Positions 1-9,720 of a DNA stretch of 64,000 bases are shown one piece after another. The stretch lies in the IMG/VR virus record IMGVR_UViG_3300028864_000017; one strand, 5' to 3'. The notes beneath the pieces are model-generated. The model made no database searches. It was given only the letters and a program-made list of their open reading frames with translations, and was not told the origin of the DNA. The position numbers were made by a program, and so were the translations under genes. Each line of letters begins with the position of its first letter. The stretch's first letter is position 1. The stretch is from a virus (Duplodnaviria > Caudoviricetes).

Positions 1-158
1 TTGTGTATCATTGGGGTAAAGTTTACTATCATGACATTTCATATAATGGAGAGAAAACAGGTAGTTTGTATGACACAAAAACATTAAATTCTGTTCAATG
101 GTGTAAATTAAAAAATTGTGCACCAATATTCAATAAAACATCTAAAAAAATAATGTAA
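1..158 (+). CDS. hypothetical protein, 5'-truncated by window edge
   Basis: Open frame from position 3 (VYHWGKVYY...KKIM) ending TAA at 156-158, just before the next ATG. Confidence 0.5.
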   Translation, partial: VYHWGKVYYHDISYNGEKTGSLYDTKTLNSVQWCKLKNCAPIFNKTSKKIM

Positions 159-159
159 C

Positions 160-492
160 ATGAAAGTAAAATTAGAAAAATTCTACAATGAAATGAAAAA
201 TTTTGTGAATAGTGATGATAATGAAGGATATTCAGTGTTTGACTATTTATCAGAAGTAGGCGATATGATGAATAAATACGATTTAACTACTGATGATTTA
301 AAAGAAATTGTTAATTTATATCCTAATGATTCAGATGTCATAAGATTTGTGAAAGGTCAATTAGAATTTGAAATTGAAGAAAAAAAGGAAATAGATAATA
401 TTAATATTTTACTAAAAAATAGTGGAGTTTTAGATATTGACAATTTTCATAAAGGTTTAAAAAAATTAGGATATAAAATAAGTTTAATCTAA
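160..492 (+). CDS. hypothetical protein
   Basis: 110-aa ORF in tightly packed + strand block. Confidence 0.75.
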   Translation: MKVKLEKFYNEMKNFVNSDDNEGYSVFDYLSEVGDMMNKYDLTTDDLKEIVNLYPNDSDVIRFVKGQLEFEIEEKKEIDNINILLKNSGVLDIDNFHKGLKKLGYKISLI

Positions 493-500
493 ATAATTAA

Positions 501-794
501 ATGAAGGAATTAATTGAACAATTAAAAAAAAGTTGTGATGACTTAGAATTAATTTCTGAACTTACTTTAAAATATAAGGATATTAAAGTAGTCGGAGAAA
601 TGCTTTTCTACAAAAAATTGGAGGAAGGTATTCTTAATAAATTGATGAATGCTAACGTGCATCAATTGGAAATTATGAAGAATTCATATAAATTCAGATA
701 TTATAAAGATGAATACACTGATAAACTCATTGACATTGCAATAATAAATGTAACAAGAAAGAATAAATTAAATAAATTAAATTTAATAAATTAA
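501..794 (+). CDS. hypothetical protein with C-terminal RKxKL tag
   Basis: 97 aa, ends TRKNKLNKLNLIN. Confidence 0.75.
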   Translation: MKELIEQLKKSCDDLELISELTLKYKDIKVVGEMLFYKKLEEGILNKLMNANVHQLEIMKNSYKFRYYKDEYTDKLIDIAIINVTRKNKLNKLNLIN

Positions 795-796
795 TC

Positions 797-994
797 ATGG
801 AAAAACTAAATGTTCTACTTTTTTTAGAAATTATATCACTTATGATATGCATTATATGTCATTTATCATCATTTATTACTAAAATAAAATTTCATTGGAA
901 ATTATATCCAACAACAGCAATTATTATATTAATGATTTTTCTATTTTCTATGTATATTGTTCAGCCACTCGCTCAATGGTTGAATGTTGGATAA
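797..994 (+). CDS. small membrane protein
   Basis: 65 aa with two hydrophobic segments. Confidence 0.65.
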   Translation: MEKLNVLLFLEIISLMICIICHLSSFITKIKFHWKLYPTTAIIILMIFLFSMYIVQPLAQWLNVG

Positions 995-1008
995 AAATAA
1001 AAAAGTCA

Positions 1009-1044
1009 TTAAAAAAGTCAGAATATTTATTCTGACTTTTTTAT
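1009..1044 (+). terminator. intrinsic terminator hairpin
   Basis: aaaaaagtcagaat-attt-attctgactttttt inverted repeat with T tract. Confidence 0.65.
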
Positions 1045-1077
1045 TAAACTATTTCATCTTATATATATACAAATATT

Positions 1078-1389
1078 ATGTCAAATTGGAATTATAGAAT
1101 ATTAGCAAGAAGAATAGCATCAGATTCATACTCAGATGTACATTTTGGTGTTTATGAGGTGTATTATAATGATGAAACTAATATACCTGAAGCTTGTACA
1201 GAAAATCCAATAACAATATTATCATATGAAGGTGAATGTGAAGATCCAATTGAATCAATACAATGGCAATTAGATGTCATAAAAGAAGCAACTAAAAAAC
1301 CAGTATTAGATTATGATAACTTTCCAAATGAGTATGTTAAGCATCTAAGAAAAAAAAAATTGAAACAAATTGGAAGTAAACTTACGTAA
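1078..1389 (+). CDS. hypothetical phage protein with C-terminal RKxKL tag
   Basis: 103 aa, ends LRKKKLKQIGSKLT. Confidence 0.8.
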   Translation: MSNWNYRILARRIASDSYSDVHFGVYEVYYNDETNIPEACTENPITILSYEGECEDPIESIQWQLDVIKEATKKPVLDYDNFPNEYVKHLRKKKLKQIGSKLT

Positions 1390-1525
1390 ACTTTTCACTT
1401 ATGATATAGTAGCAAATCCAGCATTTTATAACTGTACATTTAAAATAATATATGATAGAGAAGCTGAAATAAAAAAACTTAAAAATGATAGAATAGAAAA
1501 AATAAATAGATTAAATAATCTATAA
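1370..1525 (+). CDS. small hypothetical protein (not in ORF track)
   Basis: TTG start, 51 aa MEVNLRKLF...DRIEKINRLNNL; ends in the same RxxK[LI]xx[LI] tag as its neighbours. Confidence 0.55.
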   Translation: MEVNLRKLFTYDIVANPAFYNCTFKIIYDREAEIKKLKNDRIEKINRLNNL

Positions 1526-1526
1526 A

Positions 1527-1991
1527 TTATTTTTCAGTATTTTCATCAAACTTATTCAAATTGTACATTTTGATCATATAAATTATATGTTTGTCCCATG
1601 TTCTGGTTTCTGAATATCCTCCTCTTTTAATATTATGTACCCATATATTATAATCAGTAACATTATTTGTAATTAAAGTATTATAATACTTTCTTTTTGA
1701 AATAAATTCACAAAAATGTCTAAATGATGTTGAATCATTTTCATAACGTTTATAATGATTTCCTTGTTTTACTCCAAAGTAATTATGCTTAGTTTTACTT
1801 AATTTACTTGTTCCAGATCCACTTTCCCATAGAGAAATTGAAAGAATTACACTAACTGGAATTTTAAACTCATTGCTTAGTGACATAGATAATTTATCGA
1901 ATTTATCTATAAATTTTGTTTGGACTGTTTGTGAATTAGTATACATACTAAAAGCCAATAGCATTATTATGCCTATTAAAATTTTTCTCAT
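1527..1991 (-). CDS. secreted glucosaminidase (GH73/FlgJ-like peptidoglycan hydrolase)
   Basis: Signal-peptide-like MRKILIGIIMLLAFSMYTNS; motifs LWESGSG, NYFGVK, YEND..SF, GYSET. Confidence 0.8.
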   Translation of the reverse strand: MRKILIGIIMLLAFSMYTNSQTVQTKFIDKFDKLSMSLSNEFKIPVSVILSISLWESGSGTSKLSKTKHNYFGVKQGNHYKRYENDSTSFRHFCEFISKRKYYNTLITNNVTDYNIWVHNIKRGGYSETRTWDKHIIYMIKMYNLNKFDENTEK

Positions 1992-2354
1992 GTCTTTAAT
2001 TTGTTTTTGATTGATGATTTCAAAAAATAGGATGTTGTATAAATCCAAAGTAATAAAATAGTTAAATCTGCCTATAAGATATGATTCGCAGTAAGGAAAT
2101 CAGCAGATTAAAAATCATCAATTAATTATAAAATTAGGTGATTCTAATTTGATTTATAATTATTGTATATGTTATTATATAGTAATAAATAGTTACCATA
2201 AATTAACTCAGTATGTTATTGTATAGGTACAAATAAATAAATAGTTTATCTTTATTTGTAATTAACTAATAATCAGAATTTTAATATCATAGTTAAAAAT
2301 CATTAAACAATCACAATAGTCATTTATATAATGAATATAATGAATATAAAGAAG

Positions 2355-2362
2355 TATCTTTG
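2355..2362 (+). promoter_or_regulatory. Bacteroidota sigma-A -7 element
   Basis: TATCTTTG 30 nt upstream of ATG 2392. Confidence 0.55.
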
Positions 2363-2391
2363 CATTCATAATCATTATAAATGTAAACACA

Positions 2392-2589
2392 ATGAAATTT
2401 AAAGAATTAGACGAAATTTTACAATTAAGACTTAAAAAATCTTGTAGATTAAATGAATCTTTGAATGGCTGGCTACCTTCAAGTGAAGATTATGTTTATA
2501 TGAAAGATGATGAGGTTGTAGAAATATTCTCAAATAATTTAGAAATAGAATTTAAAGATAATAATATCACATCTGTGAATAAGTATTAA
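2392..2589 (+). CDS. hypothetical protein
   Basis: 65-aa ORF downstream of promoter motif. Confidence 0.65.
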   Translation: MKFKELDEILQLRLKKSCRLNESLNGWLPSSEDYVYMKDDEVVEIFSNNLEIEFKDNNITSVNKY

Positions 2590-3190
2590 TCTTATTTTTT
2601 CTATATTTGACTTTGGATAAATATTTATCGTCGTTTGATATTATTTCATAAGGAATATTATTTTTTTTTAGTAATTCAATTTCATTTGATCTATCTCTAT
2701 TACTATAAATAATATATACTTTTTTTATATATTTTATTGAAACTTCATTTGATACTATAATTTCTTCTGATATATTAAAATCATATGCATCTTTATTTGT
2801 TTTAATATCCCAATATTCTTTTCCAAATTCTTTTAATCTAAGTTCTTGTGCAATTGATAATCCTTTAGTTTTATTTTTTGGTAATTTTAGGTAATAATCC
2901 AAATTTTCAACAATAGGAATAATCTTATATTTATCACTTAGTTTCTGAGTATCAAATTCAATAACGCAATTACCATAACCTACTGCAGTTGAAAAATTTC
3001 TAGTCACTGATATTCCAATTCCATCTTTTATTCCTAAATTTCTTCTCATATCAGAACTCCATTGGTTACCCCATTCGCTTTTTAGTAATTTTATTTTGCC
3101 GTCAAGTAAAATATTTTTTAATTCATTAACTCCCTTATAAAGATTATAATTTTTTGACTCTAATATAAATTCTTCAAATAATATTTTCAT
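2567..3190 (-). CDS. putative virion protein with ADP-ribosyltransferase-like motifs
   Basis: N-terminal MKILFEEFILE; LYKG...ISVTRN...EEII spacing resembles ART folds. Confidence 0.45.
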   Translation of the reverse strand: MKILFEEFILESKNYNLYKGVNELKNILLDGKIKLLKSEWGNQWSSDMRRNLGIKDGIGISVTRNFSTAVGYGNCVIEFDTQKLSDKYKIIPIVENLDYYLKLPKNKTKGLSIAQELRLKEFGKEYWDIKTNKDAYDFNISEEIIVSNEVSIKYIKKVYIIYSNRDRSNEIELLKKNNIPYEIISNDDKYLSKVKYRKNKINTYSQM

Positions 3191-3228
3191 AAAGTTATAT
3201 ATTATTTTTTTATATCAAATTTAATTAG

Positions 3229-3236
3229 TATCTTTG
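3229..3236 (+). promoter_or_regulatory. Bacteroidota -7 promoter element
   Basis: TATCTTTG. Confidence 0.5.
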
Positions 3237-4052
3237 TACATAATTAAAAACATAAACAAAATGCTAAAAGAAATTTTTAAGTTCAGTGAAGACAGTTTTA
3301 AAAATGACATAGTTTATGAAAATAAACTTATTAAGAAGTTAAAATATAGTTTTGATTATTTACTAAAGTATTTACCTATCAACACTGTTGATGATAAATT
3401 CTCTTTTGATGATATAAAAATTAGGGAGGGTAAAAATTATGATTGGTTTTTCTTAGTTAAAGATGATATTCAATTATTGGTAAGACAATATGGTGGTCAT
3501 TTCACATTTATTTGTATTAATAAAGATAAAGAGATTTCATATCATAGTAGAATGTCTGTTTTTACAATCAATGATGATCGTAAAAAAATGGATGACAAAA
3601 CAAGTGACGAGCATTGTGATAATAATTATTTAACAATGGAGGAAATTTTTCCTTCACTATTAGAAATAATTAAAAAAGATAACGTACATACAATTTGGAA
3701 TCCTCTTTCATTGGTTAGACCTGAATATACAGAAGTTAAAATAGCTCAAATAGGAGAAAATACTCACAGCTTAGATTTATTACTTTTTGCATGTGATGAA
3801 GTCTTTCGTATGAATTGCGAATTATTTTCTGAAAACGAAATGGCTAATAAAATAGCTGAATTTAATGTTGGTGATATGTTAGGTGATGCATATAAGATAA
3901 CAGAAGTAAAAAAAGATATTGATGAAGAGTATTTTTATAGTACTGGCTTATCATTCATTAATACAAATTTTCCTGGTAGTAAGGCAGAATGGTCTGATAT
4001 CTATTCATTGACAAGATATTATTTGGAGTATATTTTTCCTGAAAATAAATAA
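3234..4052 (+). CDS. hypothetical protein
   Basis: 272-aa ORF; true start probably a downstream ATG (about 3261). Confidence 0.75.
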   Translation: MYIIKNINKMLKEIFKFSEDSFKNDIVYENKLIKKLKYSFDYLLKYLPINTVDDKFSFDDIKIREGKNYDWFFLVKDDIQLLVRQYGGHFTFICINKDKEISYHSRMSVFTINDDRKKMDDKTSDEHCDNNYLTMEEIFPSLLEIIKKDNVHTIWNPLSLVRPEYTEVKIAQIGENTHSLDLLLFACDEVFRMNCELFSENEMANKIAEFNVGDMLGDAYKITEVKKDIDEEYFYSTGLSFINTNFPGSKAEWSDIYSLTRYYLEYIFPENK

Positions 4053-4082
4053 ATTTAAAATATATAGAAATAAAATTATTAT

Positions 4083-4868
4083 ATGAAAAAAATAAAAACA
4101 TTTGACGAACATAATTCTACAGTTCAATCAAAAGTACCTTTTACTAAGCAAACAATGAAATTAGACATTGATTGGAGAGCAGCAAAGGATTTTGATTTAC
4201 ACTACTATTATAAATGGGTGTGTGATCATCGTATTAAAAATGATGAAAATGGCTGTAATTTACCAAATGGCGCTGATTCTTGGGTAGCTGACACATCTAA
4301 ATTGGACTATATGAGTAAACAGAAAAAAGATTGGTTGTATGAGTATGCATTATCAAAAGGTGGTAGCCCAAAACCAGCATTTACTATTAAAAAAGACACA
4401 AAAATTAAAGTTGTCGATGAAAAATACAATTTGATAATTGAAATTTTAGATGGTCCATATGCTGGTGAAAAATTTGAAGCAAAGTTATCTGATTTTAGAA
4501 CTTGCTTGGTTGGTGAAGCTAAAGATGAAAATTTAGTTGTTTCTAAGTATAAGATATTCTTAAACGGAGAACCATTGAAATCAAAATATTATACTAACAT
4601 GGGAAGAATCAAGCTTGCTTTACTAAATGCATTTGGGTTTCAAAATAGTAATGATAATGATAATGATAATGAAGATGGTGTGCCATATTACATTTCGGAT
4701 TCTAGTTCAACAACATTAAGTAAAAATGATTGTAAAAATGTTAAAATCATTAGATATGACAATAATTCAAAAGTTGGAATTCCTGTTGATTTTAATGTTC
4801 TGGAATTTTATGTTGAATATTTGGAAAAAAAAGAGTTAAAAAAAGACTCAAAAAAATATAATTTATAA
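4083..4868 (+). CDS. hypothetical protein with N-terminal KTFDE and C-terminal KKYNL tags
   Basis: MKKIKTFDEH...DSKKYNL. Confidence 0.8.
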   Translation: MKKIKTFDEHNSTVQSKVPFTKQTMKLDIDWRAAKDFDLHYYYKWVCDHRIKNDENGCNLPNGADSWVADTSKLDYMSKQKKDWLYEYALSKGGSPKPAFTIKKDTKIKVVDEKYNLIIEILDGPYAGEKFEAKLSDFRTCLVGEAKDENLVVSKYKIFLNGEPLKSKYYTNMGRIKLALLNAFGFQNSNDNDNDNEDGVPYYISDSSSTTLSKNDCKNVKIIRYDNNSKVGIPVDFNVLEFYVEYLEKKELKKDSKKYNL

Positions 4869-4870
4869 AA

Positions 4871-5452
4871 ATGAAAGTAACCACAGAAGATTGTATTAAC
4901 TCAATAGTTAAATATCTAATTGAGAAAGAAAATAATTTCACAAATTCAAAAGATTGGAAAAGAATTTCAAAATCAGGAAAAGATGATAATATCATACGCA
5001 AATTTCAAAACAAAGTTTCAAATAGAGAAATATATGTAAGATCTAGTGACTCTGAAATTTTTGAAGTTAGTGATAAAGATTTTAGTATGATTACAAATTT
5101 TAAAAATTTCACAGGTGGAAATAGTGGTAAAATTAAAACAATTGATAAAATTAAAAGTCAAAAAGAATTTTCTGAATATCTATTAGATGAATATCAATCA
5201 GGTAAATGGATAACCACCAAAGTAGACAAAGAAGATAGTGATGCATATGCTAATTTGATTTATCAGGGTGTTGATGAATTTAGGTCTGATTTGGAATCTT
5301 GGGGTGGCTGGATGTGTGATGATATTGAAAAATATTTAGACGAACCAAATTTGAAGATTGAAAATCATTATCTAAAAGACTCTGATATTGTAGAAATTGA
5401 TTCAATATCTTTTGGAGATAAACTTCTGTTGTGGAGTCTACACGAAGATTAA
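4871..5452 (+). CDS. hypothetical protein
   Basis: 193-aa ORF, 2 nt after previous stop. Confidence 0.75.
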   Translation: MKVTTEDCINSIVKYLIEKENNFTNSKDWKRISKSGKDDNIIRKFQNKVSNREIYVRSSDSEIFEVSDKDFSMITNFKNFTGGNSGKIKTIDKIKSQKEFSEYLLDEYQSGKWITTKVDKEDSDAYANLIYQGVDEFRSDLESWGGWMCDDIEKYLDEPNLKIENHYLKDSDIVEIDSISFGDKLLLWSLHED

Positions 5453-5490
5453 TTCTGATAATTAAAAAATCATAAATTTATTTATGATTT

Positions 5491-5521
5491 TTTGTTTATA
5501 TAATTATTATTAGTATCTTTG
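5491..5521 (+). promoter_or_regulatory. Bacteroidota sigma-A promoter
   Basis: TTTG (5491-5494), 19 nt, TATCTTTG (5514-5521). Confidence 0.7.
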
Positions 5522-5544
5522 TATTCAATTAAAACATAAACAAT

Positions 5545-5859
5545 ATGAAACAGTTAAAAGACACAAAAAAAATTACGCTTGCAACATTAAAAGGATTTGC
5601 AAAAAGAAATAGTGAAAATCTATTCGTAAAAAATATTAGTTCATTTGATGGAATGACAGATTGTGTTGAAAGTTGTAATGATAATAGTTGGAAAGAAACT
5701 TCTATTATTGACAAAACTAATTATTACAAAACTGGTATCAACGGAGTTTATACAGTAGGTAGTAGTCGTGATTATTTCACGTTACATGAAGATTCAATTT
5801 ATGTTGGTATTGAAGTATATAACTCTTGTGGTAATGCTATTTTAGCTGTAAAAAAATAA
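5545..5859 (+). CDS. hypothetical phage protein
   Basis: 104 aa, directly after promoter. Confidence 0.8.
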   Translation: MKQLKDTKKITLATLKGFAKRNSENLFVKNISSFDGMTDCVESCNDNSWKETSIIDKTNYYKTGINGVYTVGSSRDYFTLHEDSIYVGIEVYNSCGNAILAVKK

Positions 5860-5864
5860 ATAGT

Positions 5865-6089
5865 ATGATAATACCTGCAAATGAATTAAAGGCTGGAGAC
5901 TTAGTAAGACCTTTTATAAGTGAAAGAACAATGAAAAGAACAAAAAAAACTATTCTTATTGTTGATGGTCCATTTGAATGTAATGGAGCATTTAAAGATT
6001 ATTACATCACTTTTAAAACAGATGATCCTGATAATGATAATGAACTTTTCATTCATTCAGATGAAACAGTTGAAGTTATTGAGAAATAA
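5865..6089 (+). CDS. small KOW/SH3-like hypothetical protein
   Basis: LKAGDLVR start motif, 74 aa. Confidence 0.65.
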   Translation: MIIPANELKAGDLVRPFISERTMKRTKKTILIVDGPFECNGAFKDYYITFKTDDPDNDNELFIHSDETVEVIEK

Positions 6090-6151
6090 AGAAAAAATAA
6101 ACTAATGATTATTTTTAAATCAATAATTATAGAAATAAAATATTAAAATAT

Positions 6152-6520
6152 ATGAACATATATAAAATAACAAAGTTTAGAGATTTAGAAACAAAATTAG
6201 AAACATTATCGACTGAATTTATTTGTTCTAATCTAAACGAAGATGAATTATTAAATATGATTCACGAAAAAACAAAGGATGGCTTATTATTAAAATATTC
6301 TAAAGATATGGAATGTTATCTTGATAAAAATGTAGAATGGTATCCTTGTATATCGGACAATAAAAAATTTATGAAACAATATGGAGATAAACAAATCATA
6401 TTTAATCATGAAAAAAAATATGGCTCACATATTATAATTTCTGAATGTTTAATTAAAAGTAATGTAACCACATTTGATTATACAGATTTAATTAAATATG
6501 GAGTTTTGAAAGAGATTTGA
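6152..6520 (+). CDS. hypothetical protein
   Basis: 122-aa ORF. Confidence 0.7.
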   Translation: MNIYKITKFRDLETKLETLSTEFICSNLNEDELLNMIHEKTKDGLLLKYSKDMECYLDKNVEWYPCISDNKKFMKQYGDKQIIFNHEKKYGSHIIISECLIKSNVTTFDYTDLIKYGVLKEI

Positions 6521-6545
6521 CAATAAAAATTAAATACTATAAATT

Positions 6546-6809
6546 ATGGAAAGTAAAATTTTAAAATTAGTTGATGAATATGAAGTTGAAATTGAACTCA
6601 AATATAAAAAAAAATCAATAGTAGCAATCATTGATAACGGAGATGAAATAAAAGTTATCAAGTTAGGATTTATCAATAATATAATTGAAGAAATTGATAA
6701 AGTCTGTAAAGTTATGCTAAAAAATAAAATAAAAAAGGATAAAGAGTTAACTGAAAGACTCAATAAAATAGATAAGACTATATTTCCAGATAATTTATTC
6801 GAAAAATAA
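6546..6809 (+). CDS. hypothetical protein
   Basis: 87-aa ORF in operon orientation. Confidence 0.7.
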   Translation: MESKILKLVDEYEVEIELKYKKKSIVAIIDNGDEIKVIKLGFINNIIEEIDKVCKVMLKNKIKKDKELTERLNKIDKTIFPDNLFEK

Positions 6810-6813
6810 AAAT

Positions 6814-7131
6814 ATGAAAACTAAAAATGCAATTTTATTCTCAAATGTAGACAGAGAAGATTACTGGGTATCTAATGGGCTTGTTTTTAAAGTTGAAAAC
6901 ACAGATACATATATTAATGCTTATAATGAAATAAAAGATAAATTAGAGTCTAAAGAAGTTATTGATTATATAATAGAAGAAGCTTGTTTATTGGATGATT
7001 TATTTGAAGGTGATGAAACTTATAAATTTTTGAAGACTGAATATATTCATAGTTTATATTTCACTTTTCAAAATAGTATTGGAGAACAAGTTGAGCATAA
7101 AATGTCAGCGGATTTTGTATTTTCACTTTAA
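6814..7131 (+). CDS. hypothetical protein
   Basis: 105-aa ORF. Confidence 0.7.
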   Translation: MKTKNAILFSNVDREDYWVSNGLVFKVENTDTYINAYNEIKDKLESKEVIDYIIEEACLLDDLFEGDETYKFLKTEYIHSLYFTFQNSIGEQVEHKMSADFVFSL

Positions 7132-7142
7132 AAAATAAAATT

Positions 7143-7283
7143 ATGTCATCAGAAAACAAAAAAAGGAAATTGAAAAATTCTTATTGTGTTAAAAGTTGGT
7201 TAAAAAACAAAACAATAAAAATTAAAAGATTAGGATTCTATAATGCATCAAAAAGAAAAGTTGATAAAAGAATAGAAGAATAA
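7143..7283 (+). CDS. small basic hypothetical protein (not in ORF track)
   Basis: 46 aa MSSENKKRKLKNSYC...RIEE fills the gap between flanking genes. Confidence 0.5.
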   Translation: MSSENKKRKLKNSYCVKSWLKNKTIKIKRLGFYNASKRKVDKRIEE

Positions 7284-7303
7284 AATAATTAAAAATTGAA
7301 AAT

Positions 7304-7558
7304 ATGAATAGATTTTTTGGTATGATGCCTTCAAGTGAGGTAAAAAAAAGTAAAAGTTTTAAAGTTGGAGCTGGTCAATTAACAGTAACAATTGATGCAG
7401 GAGAAAATGGCTGGACAATTTTATTTGCTGATAGCTCATCAGAATATAAAGATGTCGTAGATACCACTGAAAACAATTTCAATTCAGCATTAGATGTTTT
7501 GAAAACTCATTTTTGTGATATAAATGAAATAAATGAAATTGAAAAATTTGAATGCTAA
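7304..7558 (+). CDS. hypothetical phage protein
   Basis: 84 aa MNRFFGMMPS... Confidence 0.75.
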   Translation: MNRFFGMMPSSEVKKSKSFKVGAGQLTVTIDAGENGWTILFADSSSEYKDVVDTTENNFNSALDVLKTHFCDINEINEIEKFEC

Positions 7559-7574
7559 ATAATTAGTATAAAAA

Positions 7575-7841
7575 ATGATAACAAATTTGAATATTGGAGA
7601 TAAAATTATTCTAAAAAAACCTTCAAATATATTTGAGGAATTTGGAATACCATCAGATTTGAGTGTTGATGAAACTTATACTATATCTGAGATACATAAA
7701 GGATTAATTGATAATGTCATTATACGTGTTGGAATAAAAGAAAAACCATATTCATTATATTATATTGGATTATTTGAAACATCATTGAAATTTGAAAGAA
7801 GACAAAAATTAAACAACTTGAAAAAATATGAAAAAAACTAA
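7575..7841 (+). CDS. small KOW-like protein with C-terminal RRQKL tag
   Basis: LNIGDKII start; ends ERRQKLNNLKKYEKN. Confidence 0.7.
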   Translation: MITNLNIGDKIILKKPSNIFEEFGIPSDLSVDETYTISEIHKGLIDNVIIRVGIKEKPYSLYYIGLFETSLKFERRQKLNNLKKYEKN

Positions 7842-8904
7842 TTTAAAACTGGCAAACGGAGAAAAAGCACTAATTGTTGATAACAATGAAGTGAAAATTT
7901 TAAAATCAGAAAACTACAATTTTCTATTTAATAAAAAAACAGGATTCTTTGCCAGATGGGGTAAAACAGAAGAAGATGATGGAGATTTAAATCTTGGATT
8001 ACCTGAAATTGCAGATATCGAAATTGCTGAAATTTGTGAAGGTGTTCCTGGAATAGGGCCATGTAAATTCTGCTATAAGAGTAATGGTAATCATGGACAT
8101 AATATGTCATTAGAAACATTCAAAAAAGTTTTCGATAAATTACCATCAAGTATTGGACAAATCGCATTTGGTTGTGGTACATTGAGAAGACATCCTGAAA
8201 TGTGGGAAATTTTCAAATATGCGAAAGATAATGGTGTCACACCAAATTTGACAATAAATGGTGACGTTGATGATGATGAATTTGATAAAATTTCTGAGAT
8301 GTGCGGAGCATGTGCAGTTTCTATTTATGATAAAAATCTATCATATGACGCTATTAAAAAACTTACTGATCGTGGAATGAAACAAGTGAATATTCACTAT
8401 ATGATTAGTCAAGAAACATATGAAAAGGCATTTGAAATAATGGATGATATAAAAACTGATCCAAGACTTGAAAAATTAGGAGCATTAGTATTTTTGAGTT
8501 TAAAAACAAAAGGTAGAAGCAAAGGCAAATTTCATCAATTGACTCAAGAACAATTTTCTAATCTTACTAATTATGCTCTTACTAATTCTGTTCCTATGGG
8601 ATTTGATTCTTGCTCAGCACAAAAATTCATGAAAGCAATTAAAGGACATGTAAATGAAGAAAAAATGATTCAATGTGCAGAACCTTGTGAAAGCACACTA
8701 TATAGCTTATATGTTGATGTCAATGGCAATTTCTTTCCATGTTCATTTTCACCTGATACAGAAGGTTGGGAAAAAGGATTATCTGTAATTGATTGTAATG
8801 ATTTCATTGAAGATATTTGGCAAAATGAAAAAACAAAAAAATTCCGTGATGGTGTCATAAAATGTAGGAACTGTGCTAAAAGTTGTTCAATTTATGAAAT
8901 TTAA
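7828..8904 (+). CDS. radical SAM protein with SPASM/twitch domain
   Basis: CEGVPGIGPCKFC (CX8CX2C) cluster motif; C-terminal PC...VDVNGNFFPCSF...CRNC..SC. Confidence 0.85.
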   Translation: MKKTNLKLANGEKALIVDNNEVKILKSENYNFLFNKKTGFFARWGKTEEDDGDLNLGLPEIADIEIAEICEGVPGIGPCKFCYKSNGNHGHNMSLETFKKVFDKLPSSIGQIAFGCGTLRRHPEMWEIFKYAKDNGVTPNLTINGDVDDDEFDKISEMCGACAVSIYDKNLSYDAIKKLTDRGMKQVNIHYMISQETYEKAFEIMDDIKTDPRLEKLGALVFLSLKTKGRSKGKFHQLTQEQFSNLTNYALTNSVPMGFDSCSAQKFMKAIKGHVNEEKMIQCAEPCESTLYSLYVDVNGNFFPCSFSPDTEGWEKGLSVIDCNDFIEDIWQNEKTKKFRDGVIKCRNCAKSCSIYEI

Positions 8905-8934
8905 TTTATATAATTTTTTATTAATATTCTAAAT

Positions 8935-9417
8935 TTAGAATATTAATAAAAAATATGATATTGAAACAGTTAAAAATGTAAATATTTCTATCCACCAAAC
9001 TATATTTGGCTTCATTTTTGGTATTAAATATGTTATAGCAGTCAATAACAATAAGCCTGCAGTTAAATACCATTGATTCATAATGAATGTAATAAATATT
9101 TGGGAGAAAAATATACCAACTATAGCTCCAATTGAGTGAACTGTATTTTCCATTTTTAAATCTTTAAAAGCAGGAGCAGCACCAACAAAGCATATACCTG
9201 ATCCAGCTAAAAACATCAATCCAGATAACGGAACTCCAATCATAATAGCAGGAATTGCATATCCCCACATCGCAATAGTAAAAAGAAATTGTAAATTTCT
9301 TGGAAGTTTATAATAACTCAATGAAACTGATGACAATACTCCATATGTTAAAAACATTGATAATACATATGAAATGAAAAAAGTATTCATAATTAAATAT
9401 AAAATTAAATTATTCAT
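8935..9417 (-). CDS. multi-pass membrane protein
   Basis: 160 aa with about 5 hydrophobic helices. Confidence 0.75.
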   Translation of the reverse strand: MNNLILYLIMNTFFISYVLSMFLTYGVLSSVSLSYYKLPRNLQFLFTIAMWGYAIPAIMIGVPLSGLMFLAGSGICFVGAAPAFKDLKMENTVHSIGAIVGIFFSQIFITFIMNQWYLTAGLLLLTAITYLIPKMKPNIVWWIEIFTFLTVSISYFLLIF

Positions 9418-9466
9418 AGTTTATTTTTATTGTATATATTTATTATCAAATTTAATTTTTTAAAAA

Positions 9467-9676
9467 ATGAAAATAAAAATAGAAGATTTATCTTTTAAAG
9501 AAGAATTGGAATTAATTGATTCTGCACTTTATAATGCTATTTATATTATGAGATGGACAGAAAACAAAGAAGGATTATATGCAGTACTTCAAGTAGAAGA
9601 AGCTGAGAAGATGGTGGAAGATATAGTAAGTGAATTGAATAAAATAGGGTACGAAATAAAAAAAATTGAAAAATAA
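9467..9676 (+). CDS. hypothetical protein
   Basis: 69-aa ORF. Confidence 0.7.
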   Translation: MKIKIEDLSFKEELELIDSALYNAIYIMRWTENKEGLYAVLQVEEAEKMVEDIVSELNKIGYEIKKIEK

Positions 9677-9720
9677 TTTGGTAATTACAAAAATAGTTTG
9701 TATCTTTAATAATATTATAA

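Noticed and set aside
7828-8904. Radical SAM as QueE, NrdG or viperin
   Set aside because: The length and C-terminal SPASM-like cysteines do not fit QueE or NrdG; no other que or nrd genes are nearby; no viperin-specific motifs recognised.
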